Shown here piece after piece: positions 39,044-47,044 of a DNA stretch of 64,000 nucleotides; positions within the stretch are counted from its first letter, which is position 1; the number at the start of each line of letters is the position of its first letter. The notes beneath the pieces are model-generated. The model saw only the letters and a program-made list of their open reading frames with translations, did no database searches and had not been told where the DNA came from. This stretch comes from an uncultured Ignavibacteriales bacterium (GTDB lineage Bacteria; Zixibacteria; MSB-5A5; GN15; FEB-12). Location: positions 110,580 to 174,579 of the forward strand of contig CAYNIJ010000005.1 of the NCBI GenBank assembly GCA_964397415.1, written 5' to 3'. The position numbers and the translations under genes were made by a program.

Positions 39044-40065
39044 ACCCACCCCGCACTCCGCTGCAACCCCTCCAACTTCGTCCGCGTCAGCGGTGTCCCC
39101 GCGGTCATCGCCAGAAAATCCTCACGCGTCTGCATCGCCAGCACTTTTCGTGTGTCAATAAACTCCCCTACCCCGCCCGACATGAACGCCTCATGCTTGG
39201 TCAACTTCTGACGTTGATAATTATGCGGGCAGACTTCCTGGCAGACATCACACCCGAATATCCGCTCCCCCATCTTCGGTATCAGCGACTCATCCACCAC
39301 CGTCGGACGTTCTATCGTCAGATACGATATGCACCGCGTCGAATCAACCACCCGATCTTCAACTATAGCCTGCGTCGGACATGCCTCAATGCACTTCTTA
39401 CACGTCCCGCACGTTCCATGTTTGATTGCTTTGGGGTCATCCGGCATCAACTCTAAAGTCGTGATTATCTCCGCAAGGAATATCCATGACCCGAACTGAC
39501 GACTGATCAGCATCCCATTCCGCCCGACATACCCCAGCCCTGCTTTCTCCGCATACGCCCGCTCCAGCATCGGCCCATAATCCACAAACCACCGAAACCG
39601 CGGCGACCCGCTCACGACTCTCTCCGCATAACCCTCGACCGCCTCATCCCCCTTTACCCCCTCATCCCCTTTTACCGCCTCATCCCAGCGAAAGCTGGGA
39701 TCCACTCCCATCTCTCCTTCTATCCCCCGAATCATCTCCTTTGTCTTCTTCGCGATCACCTTGTGATAATCCCTCCCGCGCGCGTACCGCGACACCCGCC
39801 CATGCCCCTCGGGCACAACCTCGGAATTCGGCTGGTAATAATTCAACCCAAGCATGATCACCGATTTCCCCCCTTCCAAAAGCAATCGAGGATCAGACCG
39901 CCGCTCAGGATTCTTGGCGAGATACGTTAGCTCCCCGTGATACTTCTTTTCCAGCCAGCGATAATACCTTTCCCGCGCCTCCGGTATGATCTCCGGCGCA
40001 CAGACACCACACAGGTCAAATCCGACCTGATACGCCAGCCTCTTTATCGCTTGAGCATCAATCAT
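39010..40065 (-). CDS. queG: tRNA epoxyqueuosine(34) reductase QueG
   Basis: N-terminus GFDLCGV..., 4Fe-4S motifs CGTCKKCIEACP and CDVCQEVCP, and SYLTIE. Confidence 0.85.
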   Translation of the reverse strand: MIDAQAIKRLAYQVGFDLCGVCAPEIIPEARERYYRWLEKKYHGELTYLAKNPERRSDPRLLLEGGKSVIMLGLNYYQPNSEVVPEGHGRVSRYARGRDYHKVIAKKTKEMIRGIEGEMGVDPSFRWDEAVKGDEGVKGDEAVEGYAERVVSGSPRFRWFVDYGPMLERAYAEKAGLGYVGRNGMLISRQFGSWIFLAEIITTLELMPDDPKAIKHGTCGTCKKCIEACPTQAIVEDRVVDSTRCISYLTIERPTVVDESLIPKMGERIFGCDVCQEVCPHNYQRQKLTKHEAFMSGGVGEFIDTRKVLAMQTREDFLAMTAGTPLTRTKLEGLQRSAGWVQTSFGEKSRS

Positions 40066-40241
40066 CTATCGTCGCACAATCTATTTTGTGAAATATAGCC
40101 ATTTTTGTCCGTTGCCAACCCCACCAATTTCTATCATACTGCTCCCCGATGGTGAACTGATGTATACCTCTTTCTCCTCTCGGAAAACCTTACGATACAG
40201 TAGACTATCCTCAATTCCAACTGAATTAGTCCGATATATTA

Positions 40242-40276
40242 TTGACAACTTTGTCACTATTGAATATCATGTGACA
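40242..40276 (+). promoter_or_regulatory. Promoter with overlapping inverted repeat, upstream of the NuoE/NuoF-like operon
   Basis: TTGACA (40242-40247), 17-nt spacer, TATCAT (40265-40270). TGTCAC (40252-40257) and GTGACA (40271-40276) bracket the -10 element. Confidence 0.45.
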
Positions 40277-40446
40277 GAAGTAACAAAGGAACGCTGAATT
40301 GGTGATGAAATCTCTCCTGCTCTGCCACCTGCAACTCCCCGGCAGCTATGTCTCCGAGGAGACCGATCGATGACCATATCGCTCTGTATTGTTGGCTCTC
40401 GATTCTCACCAGCGTTTGCATCCTCCCCGGGCGAAAGGAAATGATA

Positions 40447-40938
40447 ATGACTGAGGGCTCCTACCTGTTGGCCCGCTTTGCCGACCCTGAAAAACTCCTT
40501 CCTGCCATGCAGACCGTCCAGTCTTCGCACGATGTGGTCGAATGGAACGCGGTCGATGGCCATATCCATCTTGTCATGAAGGTCTCCAGACCATCCGGCT
40601 CCATTCCTGACCCGCTGAAACGTCTCGACGGAGTCGATCAGGTCATGACCTATGACATCCTTGACGACTCGCACAGCAAGGAACTCGACCACGCCATGGC
40701 CAACGCCTACGTTTTTCTCGAGGTCGAACCTCTCAAAGCCGACGCTTTGCGCAAGTCGCTTGCGGCAATTCCCGAAGTTGTTTCCTGTACGACCACCAAA
40801 GGCGGCTGTGACCTCGTCGCTATCGTCACCGGCGGCAATTTCGACGCCGTCGATTCAACCATAAACGATCATATCCGGATGCTCGATGGCATACTTCGCG
40901 TAAAGCACGCCTATATCATCGAGCTGACGAAACTATAG
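40447..40938 (+). CDS. Protein of two tandem Lrp/AsnC-type ligand-binding (RAM) domains with no HTH
   Basis: The second half strongly resembles the AsnC effector domain (AYVFLEV...IPEVVSC...GGCDLVAIV...ILRVKHAYII). Start at 40447 follows AAGGAA. The 40348 alternative would add a hydrophobic N-terminus. Confidence 0.5.
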   Translation: MTEGSYLLARFADPEKLLPAMQTVQSSHDVVEWNAVDGHIHLVMKVSRPSGSIPDPLKRLDGVDQVMTYDILDDSHSKELDHAMANAYVFLEVEPLKADALRKSLAAIPEVVSCTTTKGGCDLVAIVTGGNFDAVDSTINDHIRMLDGILRVKHAYIIELTKL

Positions 40939-40949
40939 AGGAAGTGACC

Positions 40950-41456
40950 ATGTCTGACCAGCAGACGAACCAATTTAAACCGTTTAATGTCGATGTCTGG
41001 AAGTTCGATGGTCATGCCGGGGCGTTGATCCCGCTCCTCCAGTCGGCCCAGGATACCTACGGCTATGTCTCCGAGAAAGCTATCGATTATATCAGTCATG
41101 TCACCGGCATCCCGGCGGCTGATATCTACGGCGTCGTTACGTTCTACGCCCAGTTCCGCACTAAACCGCTTGGCAAGCATATCCTCAAAGTTTGCAACGG
41201 TACCGCCTGCCACGTCAATGGCGCCAAAGGTGTGTACGAAGTCATTCAGGATGAGCTGAGCATCAACTACGAAGAGACCTCCGACGATGGCGAGTTCTCT
41301 CTCCTCTCAGTCGCCTGTATCGGCTGTTGCTCGCTGGCGCCGGTTATCACCATCGATGGCGAAACATACGGCCGCCTGAACGCCCAGAAACTCCGCAAGA
41401 TCCTCCGCGATTTCAAACGCCAGATGAAGGATCAGGCGAAAGCGGCGGTGGAGTGA
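40950..41456 (+). CDS. NuoE/HydC-like [2Fe-2S] subunit
   Basis: Thioredoxin-like 2Fe-2S pattern (C...C...CxGxC: VCNGTACHVNGA, VACIGCCSLAP). Confidence 0.85.
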   Translation: MSDQQTNQFKPFNVDVWKFDGHAGALIPLLQSAQDTYGYVSEKAIDYISHVTGIPAADIYGVVTFYAQFRTKPLGKHILKVCNGTACHVNGAKGVYEVIQDELSINYEETSDDGEFSLLSVACIGCCSLAPVITIDGETYGRLNAQKLRKILRDFKRQMKDQAKAAVE

Positions 41457-41465
41457 GGTGAAACT

Positions 41466-43223
41466 ATGAAAACGATCACAGTCGGACTTGGCACCTGCGG
41501 CATCTCTGCCGGCGGCGAAAAAGTCTTTAAAGCATTACAGGACGAACACAAAGACCACCCGAACGCTTTCGTTCTCAAAGAGACCGGATGTGTTGGTATG
41601 TGCTATCGCGAAGTTCTGGTCGAGATCACTAATGGCTCCGGCACCGGCCATCTTTACGGCGAAGTTACTCCCGAGCGGGTCGGCCGCATCATCGATGAAG
41701 ACGTGCTCGGCAACAAACAGATCGACGAATGGCTCGTCTCCGGCGAACAGCGCGAAAAGGGATTCTTCGAAAATCAGGTTCGCATCGTCCTCCGCAATTG
41801 CGGAAAGATCGACCCCGGCTCAATCGATGAATACATCGCCGCCGGTGGCTACAAGGCGATTGAAAAAGCGCTCAGGTCGATGACTCAGGATCAGGTTATC
41901 GAAGAAGTCCTCCAGTCCGGCCTTCGCGGTCGCGGCGGCGCCGGTTTCATGACCGGCCTCAAATGGAAATTCACCAAAGCCGCCCCCGGCACCAAAAAGT
42001 ATATCCTCTGTAATGCCGATGAAGGCGACCCCGGCGCGTTTATGGATCGCTCCGTGCTCGAGTCCGACCCACACGCCGTTCTCGAAGGAATGATGATCGC
42101 CGCCTACGCGATCGGCGCCGATGATTCCTACATCTACTGCCGAGCTGAATATCCGAAAGCTGTTGCCCGTCTCCGCCAGGCGATCGGCCAATGCAAAGCC
42201 AAAGGGTTGCTCGGCGAGAATATCCTCGGTACCGGCTTCAAGTTTGATATCAAGATCAAGGAAGGCGCCGGCGCGTTCGTCTGCGGAGAAGAGACAGCGC
42301 TCATCGCCTCCATTGAAGGCCGCCGTGGCATGCCCCGCTTCCGCCCACCGTTCCCGGCCCAGTCCGGACTCTGGGGTAAACCAACCAACATTAACAATGT
42401 TGAGACGTACGCCAACGTCCCCTGGATTATTTTGAACTCCGGCGCAGCGTTCGCCGCCTACGGTACCGCCGATTCAAAAGGGACGAAAGTCTTCGCGATG
42501 GCCGGCAAAGTCCGTCGCACTGGGCTCGTCGAAGTCCCGATGGGGATCACCGTCAACCAGATCGTATTTGATGTCTGCGGCGGCATCGTCGACGACAAAA
42601 AGTTCAAAGCCGTCCAGATGGGCGGGCCCTCCGGTGGATGTATCCCCGCCTCAATGGGTGATATCTCAATCGACTACCAGAATATCCCCAAGACTGGCGC
42701 CATCATGGGCTCCGGCGGTCTCATCGTCATGGATGAAACCACCTGTATGGTCGATGTCGCCAAGTACTTCCTCACCTTTACGCAGGCTGAGTCCTGCGGC
42801 AAATGCACGTTCTGCCGCATCGGCACCAAGCGGATGCTTGAGATTCTCGAGCGCATCTGCGAAGGAAAGGGGACGATGGATGACCTCGCCAACCTCGACG
42901 AGCTCTCCGAACAGATCAAGGCCGCTTCGCTCTGCGGTCTCGGTCAATCCGCCCCCAACCCGGTCGTAACTACATTGAAATACTTCCGTGATGAATATGT
43001 CGCGCATATCGTCGATAAGAAATGCCCGGCCCATGTCTGCGCGCCGTTGTTGACCTACACCATCAACGACAACTGCACCGGCTGCGTCGTCTGTGCCAAG
43101 GCCTGCCCCACCAACGCTATCACCGGCGAACGAAAGCAAATGCACTTTATAACGCAGGATCTTTGCATCAAGTGCGGCAAATGCTTCACCGTCTGCCGCT
43201 TCGACGCGGTGGTGAAGGAGTAA
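41466..43223 (+). CDS. NuoF/HydB-like NADH-binding FMN/Fe-S subunit with extra N-terminal 2Fe-2S and C-terminal 2x[4Fe-4S] domains
   Basis: GRGGAGFMTGLKW, CNADEGDPGAF and ESCGKCTFCR motifs. The C-terminus has CTGCVVCAKACP and CIKCGKCFTVC. Confidence 0.9.
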   Translation: MKTITVGLGTCGISAGGEKVFKALQDEHKDHPNAFVLKETGCVGMCYREVLVEITNGSGTGHLYGEVTPERVGRIIDEDVLGNKQIDEWLVSGEQREKGFFENQVRIVLRNCGKIDPGSIDEYIAAGGYKAIEKALRSMTQDQVIEEVLQSGLRGRGGAGFMTGLKWKFTKAAPGTKKYILCNADEGDPGAFMDRSVLESDPHAVLEGMMIAAYAIGADDSYIYCRAEYPKAVARLRQAIGQCKAKGLLGENILGTGFKFDIKIKEGAGAFVCGEETALIASIEGRRGMPRFRPPFPAQSGLWGKPTNINNVETYANVPWIILNSGAAFAAYGTADSKGTKVFAMAGKVRRTGLVEVPMGITVNQIVFDVCGGIVDDKKFKAVQMGGPSGGCIPASMGDISIDYQNIPKTGAIMGSGGLIVMDETTCMVDVAKYFLTFTQAESCGKCTFCRIGTKRMLEILERICEGKGTMDDLANLDELSEQIKAASLCGLGQSAPNPVVTTLKYFRDEYVAHIVDKKCPAHVCAPLLTYTINDNCTGCVVCAKACPTNAITGERKQMHFITQDLCIKCGKCFTVCRFDAVVKE

Positions 43224-46200
43224 TGACCATGATATCAGTAACCATAAATGGCAAACAGCACTCGGTCCCGGCCGACAACACCATTCTTCAGACCTGCAAA
43301 GATCTCGGTATCGATAACATCCCGACTCTTTGTTACGACCCGAAACTCCCGCCGTTCGGCTCCTGTTTCCTCTGCGTGGTCGAGGTCGAAGGCCAGAATC
43401 GCCTCTTCCCCGCCTGCTCCACCAAGCCGACTGAGGGAATGAAGATCCACACCCGCTCAGACAAAGTTGTTGCCGCGCGCAAAACCTGTCTTGAACTGTT
43501 GCTTTCCGATCACTACGCCGACTGCTTCGGTCCCTGCCGTCTGAACTGCCCCGCCGATGTTGACATTCAGGGGTACATGTCCCTCATCAACCTTGGTAAA
43601 TTCAAAGAAGCGGTCGCGCTTATCAAAGAGAAGAACCCGCTTCCCTCTGTCTGTGGTCGTGTCTGCACGCGCAAGTGCGAGATCAACTGCCGTCGCACAC
43701 TGGTCGACGCCCCCGTCGGTATCGACTTCCTCAAGCGTTACGCCGCCGACCAGGATATGATCGGCCAGATGTGGCAGCCGGACACCAAGCCGGATAATGG
43801 CCAGCCGGTCGCTATCATCGGTGCAGGTCCTGCCGGTCTTACTGCCGCTTACTATCTCGTTCTCGAAGGCTACCGCCCGACTATTTTCGAAGCTCTCCCC
43901 AATCCGGGTGGAATGCTTCGTTACGGAATCCCTGAATATCGCCTGCCGAAAGAGGTCCTCGACAAAGAGATCAACTGGATTCTCGATCTCGGCGTCGAAC
44001 TCTACACCAACAAGATGCTTGGCCGCGATATCACTATCGACGGTCTCTTCAAGCAGGGCTTCAAATCCGTCTTCATCGGCCTCGGTGCGCAGGTCGGCAA
44101 ACCGATGGCCGTCGAGAATGAGAATGTCGATGGTGTCCTCTCCGGCGTGGACTTCCTTCGCCAGGTAGAACTGAAGACCAACCCGCCGATCAAGGGTCGC
44201 GTGGTTGTCGTCGGCGGCGGAAATACCGCTATCGATGCCGCCCGTACCTCGCTCCGCCTCGGCGCCGATGAGGTCATCCTCCTCTATCGCCGCACCCGCA
44301 ATGAAATGCCCGCTAATATGGTCGAGATCGAAGCCGCCGAGCACGAAGGCATCAAGATGCACTTCCTCGCCGCTCCGGTCCGCGTTAATGTCGCCAATGA
44401 GCGCATGGAATCGATCACCTGTATCCGCATGGAACTCGGCGAACCCGACTCGTCGGGCCGCCGCCGCCCTGTCGAAGTCAAAGGCTCGGATTACACGCTC
44501 GAATGCGATTGGGTTATTTCCGCTATCGGTCAGGAACCTGACCTCACCGGTGTCGAATCAAAACAGGGGGATGTCAAAGTCACCAAGTGGAAGACCATCG
44601 TCGCTAAAGAAGGGACATTCGACACCGACCGCCCCGGCGTTTTCTCCGGTGGTGATGTCGTCACCGGCCCGGCCGATGCTATCGACGCTATTGCCGCTGG
44701 TCGCATGGCCGCTCGCGCCATCGACAAGTATATCCGCACCGGCATTGTCGAACCGTTCGTCGATCGCTTCGAGAGCAAGCGCGACAACTTCCACAAGATG
44801 ACGCGTCAGGATATACCGCAGGTACAAGAATCCCACCGCCATCATGCCAAAGAAATGCCGGTCGAAAAACGGATTCGTTCATTTGAAGAAGTTGAATTCG
44901 CCTACGACGAAAAGGATGCCTTCGAAGAATCCCTCCGTTGCGCCGAGTGCGGCTGCGATGTCGGTCTCGCCTGCACCCTGCAGGACTACTGCACCGAGTA
45001 CGGCGTCGATCAGACCCGCTTTGTCGGCGAATACAACAAATACAAAGTTGATACTCGCCATCCGTTCATCAAGCTTGATGCCAACAAGTGCATCCGCTGT
45101 GGACGGTGCGTCAACACCTGCGCCGAGATTCTCAATGTCTCCGCGCTCGGGTTCGTCAATCGTGGCTTTCGTACGATTGTCAAGCCGGCGATGGAAAAGG
45201 CGCTTCACGAAACAAACTGCGTCTCGTGCGGCAACTGCATCGATGTCTGCCCAACTGGCGCGCTGGTCGAAAAAATGCCATTCCGCCGCTCCGGCCCGTG
45301 GAAGATGGATTCAGTCGAGAATGTCTGCAACTATTGCTCGGTCGGCTGTAACCTGACCCTCAAGGTCAAAACCAACGACATCTTCTATGTAGCTGGTGCC
45401 TCTCCAGAGTCTCAGCCAAACCACGGCGAACTTTGCGTCAAAGGACGCTTCGGTTATCAGCATTATCTCGATGGCTCCCGCGTCACCAAACCAATGCTCA
45501 AACGCGCTGGGAAACAGGTGCCGACCAGTTGGAACGAAGCCTTCGACGCTATCGAGTCCGGCCTGCAGAAAGTCATCGAGGATTATTCCCCCGATGAGAT
45601 CCTCGTTGCCGCTTCCCCGAAACTGACCAACGAGGAACTCTACCTCGCCGGCCGTTTTGCACGCGCAGCGATCGGAAATAATAACCTGGTTTCGTTCCAT
45701 CAGCTTATTAACGACGCTGACTACCACGCGCTCGATGATATGTTCGGCGCCACGCTTTCGACAGCGACCACTGATGATGTCGCCAACGCCGACCTCTATC
45801 TTTTCCTCGGCGGCAATCCGACCAGCGAGAACCCCGTTCTTGGCTGGCAGATGAAGCGCCGCATGAAGCAGGGGACCAAGTCGATCGTCATCAACTCCTC
45901 GCAGATCGACCTGGTCGCCTACGCCTCCGTCTGGGCCGATGCCCGCCGTGGCACCGCCACCACTCTGTTGAATGGCGTCATGGGTGAACTGATCCGTCGC
46001 GGCAAGGATGATACTGAATACTTGAAATCGAAAACGGTCAACTCCGATCAGGTCATCGCGGTCCTCGCCAAGACTGACCTGACCGAAGTCGCGAACATTA
46101 CCGGCGTCTCTATTGATTCCATTCGCAACATGGCTGACCTGTTGGCCGATCCGTCGAAAAAGATCGTCGCCTGGTACAATCTCGATAGCCGCATCGAGCG

Positions 46201-46966
46201 TGCGTCGAACGATCTCAAAGCGCTCGCCACTCTCATGCTCCTGCTTGGACGCGTTGGCAAACCCGGCAACGGTATCGCCCTGATGTCCAGTCAGGCGAAT
46301 CACACCGGAAGTCGGATAGTTGGATTCGACGCAAGACTCCTCCCGGGTGGCGGACTTATTGACAACAGCAAACTTCTCGCGGAGACCTCCAAAGTCTGGC
46401 GCACCGACCTGGCGAAACTCATCGAAAAGTCGGGCACCAATGTCAGCCGGAAACTCCGTCAGGATAAGATCCGCGCCGCGGTGATCATTGGCGAAAATCC
46501 GGCAGCGTCGCCGGAATTCAATGCCTTCATCAACAATCTCGATTTCCTCGTGGTTGCCGACCTTTTCCAGACCGAGACCGCTATGGCCGCGGATGTTTTC
46601 ATCCCGCTTTCCAGCTATCTCGAGACCGAAGGTCACCTGACCAACTGGTCCGGCATGCGCCAATCAACTACACCTATCGGTGAGCCGATGAACGGCCTCT
46701 CCACGCGCGCCATCATCGAACGACTCTGCGAAGATATGGGGCACCATATCGGGTTGGCGAATTTCGATGAATTGGTGAGTGAGATTGAATTCATGATGCG
46801 CGAAGCCGGCTGTGAGGGACGGATCAACGGCTCATTCCTGACTCCGGATAACAAAGCGCATTTAGTGCTTTACTCCGACCAGGTAATGCCGACTCGCGCC
46901 GATCAGACACAGGTGATCGAACTCGACCGCCGCATCACCGACCGGATGAAACTCATCCGCGCGTAA
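43223..46966 (+). CDS. 1247-aa fusion: NuoG-type 2Fe-2S, GltD-like FAD/NAD(P)H module, 4Fe-4S ferredoxin domains, and a degenerate formate dehydrogenase alpha-like molybdopterin domain
   Basis: Start at TAATG (43223) or ATG at 43229; the 43022 ORF-track start lies inside the previous gene. Motifs: CYDPKLPPFGSCFLC; VAIIGAGPAGLTAAY and VVGGGNTAIDAA; CIRCGRCVNTC and CVSCGNCIDVCP; VCNYCSVGCN; NHGELCVKGRF. Confidence 0.85.
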   Translation: MTMISVTINGKQHSVPADNTILQTCKDLGIDNIPTLCYDPKLPPFGSCFLCVVEVEGQNRLFPACSTKPTEGMKIHTRSDKVVAARKTCLELLLSDHYADCFGPCRLNCPADVDIQGYMSLINLGKFKEAVALIKEKNPLPSVCGRVCTRKCEINCRRTLVDAPVGIDFLKRYAADQDMIGQMWQPDTKPDNGQPVAIIGAGPAGLTAAYYLVLEGYRPTIFEALPNPGGMLRYGIPEYRLPKEVLDKEINWILDLGVELYTNKMLGRDITIDGLFKQGFKSVFIGLGAQVGKPMAVENENVDGVLSGVDFLRQVELKTNPPIKGRVVVVGGGNTAIDAARTSLRLGADEVILLYRRTRNEMPANMVEIEAAEHEGIKMHFLAAPVRVNVANERMESITCIRMELGEPDSSGRRRPVEVKGSDYTLECDWVISAIGQEPDLTGVESKQGDVKVTKWKTIVAKEGTFDTDRPGVFSGGDVVTGPADAIDAIAAGRMAARAIDKYIRTGIVEPFVDRFESKRDNFHKMTRQDIPQVQESHRHHAKEMPVEKRIRSFEEVEFAYDEKDAFEESLRCAECGCDVGLACTLQDYCTEYGVDQTRFVGEYNKYKVDTRHPFIKLDANKCIRCGRCVNTCAEILNVSALGFVNRGFRTIVKPAMEKALHETNCVSCGNCIDVCPTGALVEKMPFRRSGPWKMDSVENVCNYCSVGCNLTLKVKTNDIFYVAGASPESQPNHGELCVKGRFGYQHYLDGSRVTKPMLKRAGKQVPTSWNEAFDAIESGLQKVIEDYSPDEILVAASPKLTNEELYLAGRFARAAIGNNNLVSFHQLINDADYHALDDMFGATLSTATTDDVANADLYLFLGGNPTSENPVLGWQMKRRMKQGTKSIVINSSQIDLVAYASVWADARRGTATTLLNGVMGELIRRGKDDTEYLKSKTVNSDQVIAVLAKTDLTEVANITGVSIDSIRNMADLLADPSKKIVAWYNLDSRIERASNDLKALATLMLLLGRVGKPGNGIALMSSQANHTGSRIVGFDARLLPGGGLIDNSKLLAETSKVWRTDLAKLIEKSGTNVSRKLRQDKIRAAVIIGENPAASPEFNAFINNLDFLVVADLFQTETAMAADVFIPLSSYLETEGHLTNWSGMRQSTTPIGEPMNGLSTRAIIERLCEDMGHHIGLANFDELVSEIEFMMREAGCEGRINGSFLTPDNKAHLVLYSDQVMPTRADQTQVIELDRRITDRMKLIRA

Positions 46967-46992
46967 ACCACGGAAGTGGGGATAATCTCAGT

Positions 46993-47030
46993 AAAAAAGC
47001 GGGACTCCGGTGAGTCCCGCTTTCAATTTC
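46993..47030. terminator. Bidirectional rho-independent terminator
   Basis: 12-bp stem AAAGCGGGACTC / GAGTCCCGCTTT with loop CGGT. It has an A-run upstream and a T-rich tail downstream. Confidence 0.75.
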
Positions 47031-47044
47031 CACTTCAAACAGAA

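Noticed and set aside
43022-43222. N-terminal 67-aa extension of the 1314-aa ORF.
   Set aside because: It overlaps the 3' end of the NuoF-like gene in another frame. The recognisable 2Fe-2S domain begins right at MTMISVTING, immediately after the upstream stop (TAATG) and a GAAGGAG RBS.
45320-46966. A selenocysteine-containing formate dehydrogenase (in-frame TGA plus SECIS).
   Set aside because: The frame is uninterrupted. The Sec-equivalent codon is ATT (Ile), and no SECIS-like hairpin is needed.
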